Positions 53,213 to 59,634 of a stretch of 64,000 bases of DNA are shown here, in pieces. The notes beneath the pieces are model-generated. The model was not told where the DNA came from, made no database searches, and saw nothing but the letters and a program-made list of their open reading frames with translations. The translations under genes and the position numbers were made by a program. Numbering within the stretch: the first letter of the stretch is position 1; each line of letters opens with the position of its first letter. Source of the DNA: a virus; the IMG/VR virus record IMGVR_UViG_3300037797_000149, positions 1-64,000 of that record, one strand, 5' to 3'.

Positions 53213-53244
53213 GTGTGCCTCCTCGTGGTGGTGTGCGGTTTGTA

Positions 53245-53448
53245 TTACAGATGGCTTTCCGTCATTTTCCCTAGGGCGATAGTGAAGTCGTACCCCATCG
53301 TGTTACCGGCGATGATGTCGCCGTGCCCATTCAGAATCACAACCGCTCTATGGTTCTTGGTATGACCGTCTATCTTTTCCCATAGGGACGTTAGGTTTCT
53401 TTTGTACTCGATGGGTCTTCCAGTGAGTGCGTTCACCAGTTTGTACAT
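53245..53448 (-). CDS. hypothetical protein (AT-richer gene)
   Basis: ORF 53245..53517 trimmed to ATG 53448 (GAAAGGA upstream). Visibly lower GC than its neighbours. Confidence 0.45.
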   Translation of the reverse strand: MYKLVNALTGRPIEYKRNLTSLWEKIDGHTKNHRAVVILNGHGDIIAGNTMGYDFTIALGKMTESHL

Positions 53449-53543
53449 AATCTGAATTCCTTTCACAGTGGTGCGCGGTGCATTTTCGAGTGGCTTCAGT
53501 GCCGATCGAACGGCCACGGCTTAACCGCTGGAGCCGAAGTGGT

Positions 53544-53972
53544 TCAGTACCGCTTTATCGCGCCGCAACCCTTGGCGCATCGCACGACATGAACGGGACC
53601 GATGGTTTGAACCACCTCCCATTTGTGTTGGTCGCATGGGGTGAAATCGGCGGTGTCGAATCGTTCGCCGGTTCTGAAACGGAAGTCGGCGAGACCGTCG
53701 TAGTTGTCCGAGGCGGCGTTTGGGTCGATCGTGAACAGGTGGTTTAAAAATATTCCCCATTCATCCCATGTCGCGGCGGCGTCATAAGTCGCTCCACGAT
53801 TGCCTGAATTGCGGAACCGGCGACCTTTACGGGGTTCCGCCGTAAGCGTGACATTGAAAGCGTGATCACGCTTACGGCTCCCGTGCAAGGTGTATTCGAC
53901 GTATACGTTCTCAATTTCCCGGGCCGCGTCGTACAGGTCTTGGAACGAGAGTTTGTCAGTGTGAATTCTCAT
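53544..53972 (-). CDS. hypothetical protein
   Basis: ORF 53544..54434 trimmed to ATG 53972 (GAGGAGG upstream, ATGA overlap). Confidence 0.55.
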   Translation of the reverse strand: MRIHTDKLSFQDLYDAAREIENVYVEYTLHGSRKRDHAFNVTLTAEPRKGRRFRNSGNRGATYDAAATWDEWGIFLNHLFTIDPNAASDNYDGLADFRFRTGERFDTADFTPCDQHKWEVVQTIGPVHVVRCAKGCGAIKRY

Positions 53973-54406
53973 GTCGTTTCCTCCTCGTTCTGGGTTTCGA
54001 TGTAGTGGAATATCGTCGTGTGTTCGTCCATGTCGGAATCGCAGAAATCGACGGAGACTTCGCGAAGGGCTTTGCGGACGATCGCCAGTCGTGCGGCTTC
54101 GGGGGTGTGGGGTGCGAGATCGCTGTTGGCGTCGGTCACACTCACGTAGGCGTGCCATCTGCCGTCGTCGTCTTCGGCCAGGTCCACGTTTAGGACGCTG
54201 GCCGGGTCCAGGAACCGGGCCAGGACATGGGCGATGTCGTGGGCGTCGTCGTCGGCGATGGTCCAGTGATCCTCGGCGGTCGCCTGGTCGTTTTCGTCGG
54301 AGGCGTCGTTCCCGGCTTGGAGTCCGGCCAGACGGGACGTGTTCAACTCGCGGAACCGGCTCACCGTGTCGGCGGGGATCATCACGCCGGGCGTTGTTTC
54401 GGTCAT
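53969..54406 (-). CDS. acidic hypothetical protein
   Basis: 145-aa ORF with RBS AGGAGAGAG. Confidence 0.55.
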   Translation of the reverse strand: MTETTPGVMIPADTVSRFRELNTSRLAGLQAGNDASDENDQATAEDHWTIADDDAHDIAHVLARFLDPASVLNVDLAEDDDGRWHAYVSVTDANSDLAPHTPEAARLAIVRKALREVSVDFCDSDMDEHTTIFHYIETQNEEETT

Positions 54407-54466
54407 CGGTCTCTCTCCTGTTCCGGCCCGGCACTTCCGGGCCTCGTGGGTCTCGCGGATGACGCT

Positions 54467-55063
54467 TTAGATCAATTTCGCTAATTCGTTCTCGGCTTCA
54501 CTGAGTTCTTGCTGCCGGGTCGTGAGTGCCTGTTCGGCCTCGCGGACCGCTTTTTCAGCGTTGGCGATCTGCCGGCGTTTTCCGGCGAGGGTGGTTTCAG
54601 AGATCCGTTCGGGGGTCATGAACGCTTCGGCCACCGGGCCGGTCACCAGATCACGCAGTGCGCGGCTGGCCGCCGGGCTCATGGACCCGTGAACGGTGAT
54701 GGTTCCGACCCGGTCGATGGATGAGTACTCAACGCGCCATTGCCCGTCGACGGTGGGTGCGAGGTGAACGGTGCCGCGATAGGCCACGCCGTTGATCCGG
54801 ACGGGGTTTCGTATCACGGCCTGGCCGGTATTGATTTCGTCGGCTTCGGGGTCGGCGGAACGGTAGACGGTTCGGCCGTTGTCGCCGGTAAGTGTCGGAG
54901 AGAGCTCGATGAAAAATCCCGGGACGGGCTCACCGCTTCGCGGCATGGTCGTCATCGCGGCGCGGATGTGGGCTCGTCCGGTGATTTTCGGTGTGTGGAA
55001 CGTCAGTTCGTGGCGGCCCACGTGGTCGGGGCTGCCGGCGATGGTAAAGGGCGCATCGGTCAT
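54467..55063 (-). CDS. hypothetical protein (C-terminal coiled coil)
   Basis: ORF 54467..55123 trimmed to ATG 55063 (GGAGGAGG upstream). Confidence 0.55.
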   Translation of the reverse strand: MTDAPFTIAGSPDHVGRHELTFHTPKITGRAHIRAAMTTMPRSGEPVPGFFIELSPTLTGDNGRTVYRSADPEADEINTGQAVIRNPVRINGVAYRGTVHLAPTVDGQWRVEYSSIDRVGTITVHGSMSPAASRALRDLVTGPVAEAFMTPERISETTLAGKRRQIANAEKAVREAEQALTTRQQELSEAENELAKLI

Positions 55064-55087
55064 GAGGGTATTACCTCCTCCGGGAGG

Positions 55088-55100
55088 CCGGGACGTCCGG
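55088..55100 (-). promoter_or_regulatory. start-associated element, variant copy (CCGGACGTCCCGG)
   Basis: Lies in the 5' UTR between promoter 55114..55142 and ATG 55063, 24 nt from the start codon. Confidence 0.4.
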
Positions 55101-55113
55101 CCTGATGAATGGA

Positions 55114-55142
55114 ACAGTACCATACTTGGCTTGGTGTGTCGA
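55114..55142 (-). promoter_or_regulatory. promoter, conserved family (TCGACA-17-TGgTACTGT)
   Basis: The minus strand reads tcgacacaccaagccaagtaTGGTACTGT. Confidence 0.55.
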
Positions 55143-55155
55143 TGGCTTCGGGCTG

Positions 55156-55181
55156 CTTGACATAACTACTTGACATAACTA
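55156..55181. repeat. 13-bp tandem direct repeat x2 (cttgacataacta)
   Basis: Two exact adjacent copies, each containing TTGACA, 14 bp upstream of the -35 of promoter 55114..55142. Confidence 0.85.
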
Positions 55182-55253
55182 GTGCCGTGATAATGGTCTA
55201 GACCGGTTTTCTGGTGATTGGTGCCGTGGTCTAGACCGGTTTTCTGGTGATTG
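55182..55253. repeat. 33/39-bp tandem direct repeat x2, each with palindrome GGTCTAGACC
   Basis: gtgccgtg(ataatg)gtctagaccggttttctggtgattg occurs twice and is followed by a partial third 'gtgccg'. The region is non-coding. Confidence 0.85.
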
Positions 55254-55361
55254 GTGCCGATCCCATGTGTGATCGTTTCCGCCGTGCCGTAAAAATCTGC
55301 CGACTGAGAGCCGAGACGCGAAGGTAATTTTCCCACGGGGAAAAGCCGGCGCGCCGGTGAA

Positions 55362-55397
55362 TTTCCCCCGGGCGAAAAATTTCTCGCCCGGGGGAAA
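55362..55397 (-). terminator. rho-independent terminator (one of 2-3 stacked hairpins)
   Basis: 14-bp perfect stem tttcccccgggcga / tcgcccgggggaaa, 5 nt after the stop of 55402..55809. Further hairpins lie at 55328-55344 and 55345-55358. Confidence 0.65.
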
Positions 55398-55401
55398 ATT
55401 T

Positions 55402-55809
55402 TCATGAGTCGTCGTCGCCGAGAAGTGAAAAAAGCCGCTCGATCAATTTTTCCGCTACGGCCAAGTTGAGTTTGTTGGCCAAGTCGACGGCGTCCGTGGC
55501 CAAACGGAAGATCGCCCGTATGTCACCTTCCGACCACGTTTCACCGGTTCGGTAATCCTTGAGACCGGCGAAAACCGTGTAGGTGCCGTTGAGCTCACGG
55601 CCCACGGTGTAGTGAGTCCGGAATTCCACGGGGATCGTCGCTCTTGGATCTCTGTCGGAATCGTCAGAGAGCACGCGGGCAATTTCGGTTAGCTGCCCTG
55701 GCGTGATGTTGGTCCATTTTGAGCTGTACTCGCGATTGCCGGACTCACCACGGGGTGAGATCTTGATCGCGTAGGTCTCGGCTTCGCCGAGCTGGTCGCG
55801 AATGTCCAT
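55402..55809 (-). CDS. hypothetical protein
   Basis: 135-aa ORF with RBS GAGGAGG. Confidence 0.55.
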   Translation of the reverse strand: MDIRDQLGEAETYAIKISPRGESGNREYSSKWTNITPGQLTEIARVLSDDSDRDPRATIPVEFRTHYTVGRELNGTYTVFAGLKDYRTGETWSEGDIRAIFRLATDAVDLANKLNLAVAEKLIERLFSLLGDDDS

Positions 55810-55814
55810 GTCTC

Positions 55815-55973
55815 TCAGACCTCCTCGGTGTTGCGCATGCGGCGCCGCATGGTGCCCGACGACGGCATGTCGTCGAACTTCGCGGTGGCGAGCTGCCGGC
55901 GGGCGCTCAGGCGGTCGGTGCGTCGGGTGACGCGCTTGGTGTTGCGGACTGCGATAGCGGTCTTCGTTGCCAT
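55815..55973 (-). CDS. small basic protein (52 aa)
   Basis: ATG 55973 is preceded by the conserved element plus GAGAGGA. Internal to ORF 55815..56336. Confidence 0.45.
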   Translation of the reverse strand: MATKTAIAVRNTKRVTRRTDRLSARRQLATAKFDDMPSSGTMRRRMRNTEEV

Positions 55974-55981
55974 GATGGCGA

Positions 55982-56013
55982 TCCTCTCAATGCGGGTATC
56001 CGGTACGTCCGGA
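55982..56013 (-). promoter_or_regulatory. start-associated conserved element, copy 1
   Basis: The minus strand reads TCCGGACGTACCGGATACCCGCATTGAGAGGA, identical to copy 2. The core CCGGACGTACCGG ends 26 nt before the ATG. Confidence 0.6.
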
Positions 56014-56028
56014 ACTAGAAACCCATAA

Positions 56029-56053
56029 GGCATATCGTGCGAGACGATATGCC
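56029..56053 (-). terminator. hairpin / terminator candidate
   Basis: 10-bp perfect stem ggcatatcgt / acgatatgcc with a 5-nt loop, just beyond the stop of 56065..56499. Confidence 0.5.
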
Positions 56054-56064
56054 GTGATGAGCCG

Positions 56065-56499
56065 CTAGGCAATGAGTTCACTGCAGATTCTTCGTACCTC
56101 GTTTTCGGCTGCTTCATTGAATGCATTATCGTATGCGTCGCATAATGATTCATCGTTGCATGAGAGTTCTTCGTCGTCGCTATCGAACGGTAATAGCCCG
56201 CAAACTGTACATGTTTTAGTACTGGTAAATCTTGCGTACTGCCATTCGTGATCAGCGTCGATTTCGTCGTATAGGTCTTGGGAGCTATAACCGTCCGACC
56301 ATTGCCCGGACAGGTCGGGAGTGGGGAGATCGTCAAGGATTTGCGGATCCCCGTCGTCGATTCCCGCTAGAACGCGTTTGGCAGTTTCCTGCATGTCTCC
56401 CGTGGCGCGTGATCCTACGGCGCTCTGTGCCCACCATTCCGCCGCGTTCACGCCGTGCTCACGTCCGATGCGTTCCGCGTGCTCTGTCGCCTTGCTCAT
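56065..56499 (-). CDS. acidic hypothetical protein ('MSKATEH' N-terminus)
   Basis: ORF 56065..56643 trimmed to ATG 56499, downstream of element copy 2. The 3' half is AT-richer. Confidence 0.5.
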   Translation of the reverse strand: MSKATEHAERIGREHGVNAAEWWAQSAVGSRATGDMQETAKRVLAGIDDGDPQILDDLPTPDLSGQWSDGYSSQDLYDEIDADHEWQYARFTSTKTCTVCGLLPFDSDDEELSCNDESLCDAYDNAFNEAAENEVRRICSELIA

Positions 56500-56507
56500 G
56501 ATCTCTA

Positions 56508-56539
56508 TCCTCTCAATGCGGGTATCCGGTACGTCCGGA
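56508..56539 (-). promoter_or_regulatory. start-associated conserved element, copy 2
   Basis: Same 32-nt sequence as copy 1, at the same distance from the ATG. Confidence 0.6.
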
Positions 56540-56554
56540 CCAAGTGACCCGAGA

Positions 56555-56580
56555 GCGTGCACGTGACGAGACGTGCACGC
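56555..56580 (-). terminator. hairpin / terminator candidate
   Basis: 10-bp stem gcgtgcacgt / acgtgcacgc with a 6-nt loop, after the stop of 56591..56788. Confidence 0.5.
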
Positions 56581-56590
56581 GACTGGACAC

Positions 56591-56788
56591 CTAGCGAACG
56601 GGAGTGACGCCCGGCAATTTGTGGCCAGCAAATGACGGATCATGTGCGATGTGGACGACGTTGTGAGTGTTGAGTTTCGACATGGGCTCTGTCACGTCGG
56701 CCTTAAGTGGGAATGACGCGCCTATCTTCTCTGCATTGATTTTGCATATAGGGCAACCGCACGAGATTCTGACGATTTTGTGAGCCAT
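56591..56788 (-). CDS. hypothetical protein (CxC..C motif)
   Basis: ORF 56591..56890 trimmed to ATG 56788 (GGAAGGGA upstream). Confidence 0.45.
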   Translation of the reverse strand: MAHKIVRISCGCPICKINAEKIGASFPLKADVTEPMSKLNTHNVVHIAHDPSFAGHKLPGVTPVR

Positions 56789-56804
56789 CGTTCCCAGTCC
56801 CTTC

Positions 56805-56921
56805 CTAGGCGAGTGTGACGCGAATTGCGGCAATGATAATGGTGCTGATAATGGCGAGAAATGCCAGTGTCGATAGTCCCTCACGGACATGTTGCGGAAT
56901 GCGTACAGTCTTAGATCTCAT
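56805..56921 (-). CDS. small membrane protein (38 aa)
   Basis: Internal ATG 56921 of ORF 56805..57044. 'LSTLAFLAIISTIIIAAI'. Confidence 0.3.
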   Translation of the reverse strand: MRSKTVRIPQHVREGLSTLAFLAIISTIIIAAIRVTLA

Positions 56922-57165
56922 CGTCGGTAACCCACTTTTCAAAAGCACCCTGAATGCTGTGCATATGGAGTCGTTTCTCAGCGCGAAAATCCATGTAGGC
57001 ATCTGCGTAAGCGTTCGCGAATTCTTCCGAGTCGATGGCGTCATGTCCCTGGTCTACGCGACCCCATGCGTACCCGATAGCCCACGTTTTTAGTTGCTCC
57101 CACGTGTCCGCCTGCCACGGGATGCGGCTACGTTTCCAGTCCGGGTGCTCTGTCGCCTTGTCCAT
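56911..57165 (-). CDS. hypothetical protein ('MDKATEH' N-terminus)
   Basis: ORF 56911..57282 trimmed to ATG 57165, downstream of element copy 3. Its first codons are shared with 56065..56499. Confidence 0.5.
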   Translation of the reverse strand: MDKATEHPDWKRSRIPWQADTWEQLKTWAIGYAWGRVDQGHDAIDSEEFANAYADAYMDFRAEKRLHMHSIQGAFEKWVTDDEI

Positions 57166-57173
57166 TGTTCTCA

Positions 57174-57205
57174 TCCTCTCTGATGCGGGTATCCGGTACG
57201 TCCGG
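57174..57205 (-). promoter_or_regulatory. start-associated conserved element, copy 3
   Basis: The minus strand reads CCGGACGTACCGGATACCCGCATCAGAGAGGA. The core ends 27 nt before the ATG. Confidence 0.55.
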
Positions 57206-57278
57206 GCGAGGTGTCCCGTGATGAGACTCCCACAGTGGCCACCCTGTGTATCCCCGGTGAGTGGCCACCATGGCAACC

Positions 57279-57512
57279 TCACCTAAGGGTCACGTGGTCG
57301 GCGTACCCGTCGCCGTCAGGGTCCGTCAAGGTGAACGAACGGCCCTGCCCATTGCCCTGCCGCTCTGCATCCCACTGGCACGGGTAGCTGCTCTCGGCCT
57401 CGTCCGTCAGGCACGGGGGCAGCTCGGGGCGTGGCAGTGATTGGCCGAGCGGCACCATGGAAGCTGCCCACAGAGTGCTTCCTACGAGCACCGCGATAGC
57501 TGTACGTATCAT
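57279..57512 (-). CDS. secreted small protein
   Basis: 77 aa with signal-peptide-like 'MIRTAIAVLVGSTLWAASMVPLG'. Confidence 0.55.
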   Translation of the reverse strand: MIRTAIAVLVGSTLWAASMVPLGQSLPRPELPPCLTDEAESSYPCQWDAERQGNGQGRSFTLTDPDGDGYADHVTLR

Positions 57513-57535
57513 CGTGCTTCACCTCACATGCGCAG

Positions 57536-57548
57536 CCGGTACGTCCGG
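57536..57548 (-). promoter_or_regulatory. start-associated element, copy 4 (core only)
   Basis: CCGGACGTACCGG in the 5' UTR between promoter 57570..57598 and ATG 57512, 23 nt from the start. Confidence 0.45.
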
Positions 57549-57569
57549 AACTTCGCGCGTCATGACATG

Positions 57570-57598
57570 ACAGTATCAGACGTGCCACACCGTGTCTA
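57570..57598 (-). promoter_or_regulatory. promoter, conserved family (TAGACA-17-TGaTACTGT)
   Basis: The minus strand reads tagacacggtgtggcacgtcTGATACTGT. First promoter of the 57.5-51.5 kb leftward block. Confidence 0.6.
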
Positions 57599-57806
57599 CA
57601 CGCATGGCGCAGTGATCGAGCGCGGTTCTGAGCTCGTTGCGCGACACGCGTTGCCCACGTCGCCACCCGACCCCCTTCCGCCGCTCTCGCAACCCCCCCG
57701 GTACCCGTCGGGAAATGAAGCCGGCCGGCCGGCAGGGTGGCGGAGCGTAGGTCGCCGACAGAAGTCGTGTGCTGCAAGATCAAGACCGTTTTCCGGAATG
57801 GGAAGG

Positions 57807-57984
57807 CGAAAAATCCACCACGCGTGAAAGCGAAAAATCCTCGAGGCTAGCGACGAAAAATCCACCACGCGTGAAAGCGAAAAATCCTCGAGGCTAGCGA
57901 CGAAAAATCCACCACGCGTGAAAGCGAAAAATCCTCGAAGCTAGCGACGAAAAATCCACCACGCGTGGAGGCGAAAAATCTCCC
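57807..57984. repeat. 47-bp tandem array (3.7 units) = 8 phased copies of (G)CGAAAAATC
   Basis: 'cgaaaaatc' starts at 57807, 57831, 57854, 57878, 57901, 57925, 57948 and 57972 (spacing 24/23 bp). Each unit carries the palindromes ACGCGT, CTCGAG and GCTAGC. Non-coding divergent region upstream of the packaging genes. Confidence 0.9.
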
Positions 57985-58068
57985 ATGCGCGTGAACCGTG
58001 TGACGTCAGGTGCGTGTGTGACCCCTTCTCGCTTACCCTATGTGCAATGCGTTCGAAGAGGTGAGGAT

Positions 58069-58659
58069 ATGGATGAGATGAAGTTTTCGCCACAACTGGT
58101 GCGGTCGGGCAACAGGAGTCTGGGTTTCGACGGATGCCTTCTGGCGTCGGTGTCGTCTAAACGCCCTCTGGCGGCCCGGTGGACGGATCTGGAGTTGTAC
58201 CGGATCGGATTGGACGGCCTGCCCTCACATGACCCGTCGTACGTGTTCTGCCGCACTGGACTGTCCCGGGTCTACCACACCGCGGATTGCCCCCAGGTTC
58301 CGCCTCGCCTGCCGTTCGGGCATGAGATGGCCGAGCAGGTGGAGTTCTCCGAACTCGTCGCTTGCCACGTGTGCGCCCCTGTGAGACCTCCCGAGCCGGG
58401 TGGGTCGGGGGTTTTCGCCACCGATTTCGCCACGTCGCATCGTTTCGAGGTGACCCGGCGCCGGGCCTGGTTGTTCGCCGGTGCTCCCGAGTTGCTGGAT
58501 TTCCTGTCCACGTCCCGCTCGCAGGACGATCGGAAGGTGCCTATGGGTGCCGCGGGCTTGCCCAGGTTGTCTTCGGAGTTGCTGTTCACCGCGGCCCGTC
58601 TCGATCCCGGCCTGGCCGGCGCTCTCTCACCTTCGACTGGGGTGACCGGCCGTGTCTGA
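58069..58659 (+). CDS. hypothetical protein (first gene of packaging/structural block)
   Basis: ORF 57985..58659 trimmed to ATG 58069 (GAGGTGAGGA upstream). Confidence 0.5.
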   Translation: MDEMKFSPQLVRSGNRSLGFDGCLLASVSSKRPLAARWTDLELYRIGLDGLPSHDPSYVFCRTGLSRVYHTADCPQVPPRLPFGHEMAEQVEFSELVACHVCAPVRPPEPGGSGVFATDFATSHRFEVTRRRAWLFAGAPELLDFLSTSRSQDDRKVPMGAAGLPRLSSELLFTAARLDPGLAGALSPSTGVTGRV

Positions 58660-59629
58660 TGATATTTTCGAGACCGCGACGTCTTCCCGGCTGCCGTTCC
58701 CGCACTGGCTGGCGCTGCACCATGATCCGTCCAGCCGGTTCTGGGAAATCGCCCATCTGGTGCTGTCCGGGGGTCCGGAGTCGATGTGGGCGGGCCGTTT
58801 CGATTTGACGCCTGAGATCATCGCCGGTGACGTGAAACTCCTGTACGCCTCTGGGAATCCGGCGGTGACTTCCGATCACATGGAGCAGTGCGCCGCTGCG
58901 ATGGCCGAATATCACGACAACGCCCCCACGGTGGCCCAGATGGTGCGGATGCGCGCCGGGGCAGAGAAGGATTTCGGCGCTGACGAATCCCCCCAGGGAG
59001 CGGCCGGCCGGGTGCGCTCGGCCATGCGTGAATCGTTCACATCCCGGGGTTTGACGGTGAGCAGCGGCATCGACGAGCCGGTCTCGGAAGCGGACGGCTC
59101 GGATGTGGCCGAGTTCACCGGGCCTTCCCTGGTGTTGCGCACCAAGTGCAGGCACGTGTCGGCCAAGACCGGTGTCATGTGCCGGAGCATCGTGCCGGCC
59201 GGATCGGATTTGTGCACTCGGCATGGTGGCCGGATCTACACCGTGGAAGAACTGGCCAACATTCACCGGGCCACCCGGGAGAAGATCGTGGCGGCCAGTG
59301 AGGCGGCGGTGGACACTCTGGTGGACCTGCTGAACTCCCCCAACGACATGGTGCGGCTGCGAGCGTCGGAGGCGGTGCTGAACCGGGCGGGCCTGCCCGA
59401 GGGTGTGGAGATCACGGTGGTGTCATCGACGTCCGGCGGGTCTACCCCGTCCCAGTTGGTGGCCGAGAAGCTGGAGCGCCTCGCCGAGGGCACGCGGGCG
59501 ATCCGGTCTCCCGCTTCGGAATTCGATGATGACTCGTCCCCCGCTTCACAGCCCGGCCGGTCATCAGATTCTGATTCTGATCCTGATTCGGATGTGGTGG
59601 ACGCCGAAGTGGTCGAGGACGGGAGGTAG
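58652..59629 (+). CDS. terS: putative terminase small subunit
   Basis: Lies immediately upstream of TerL. 'LLNSPNDMVRLRASEAVLNRAG' resembles a motif seen in actinophage small terminases. Acidic Ser/Asp tail. The call rests mostly on position. Confidence 0.45.
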   Translation: MSDDIFETATSSRLPFPHWLALHHDPSSRFWEIAHLVLSGGPESMWAGRFDLTPEIIAGDVKLLYASGNPAVTSDHMEQCAAAMAEYHDNAPTVAQMVRMRAGAEKDFGADESPQGAAGRVRSAMRESFTSRGLTVSSGIDEPVSEADGSDVAEFTGPSLVLRTKCRHVSAKTGVMCRSIVPAGSDLCTRHGGRIYTVEELANIHRATREKIVAASEAAVDTLVDLLNSPNDMVRLRASEAVLNRAGLPEGVEITVVSSTSGGSTPSQLVAEKLERLAEGTRAIRSPASEFDDDSSPASQPGRSSDSDSDPDSDVVDAEVVEDGR

Positions 59630-59634
59630 CGCAC

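Noticed and set aside
55166-55405. A 79-aa ORF covering the repeat cluster at 55.2 kb.
   Set aside because: Its sequence is dictated by the tandem repeats ('GTNHQKTGLDH' appears twice) and the terminator hairpins. It has no RBS, so the region is treated as non-coding.
57807-57984. Possibility that the 47-bp array (or the 55.2-kb repeats) is a CRISPR array.
   Set aside because: The units are directly adjacent with no unique spacers, there are only about 4 units, and there are no cas genes. It is a simple tandem/iteron array.
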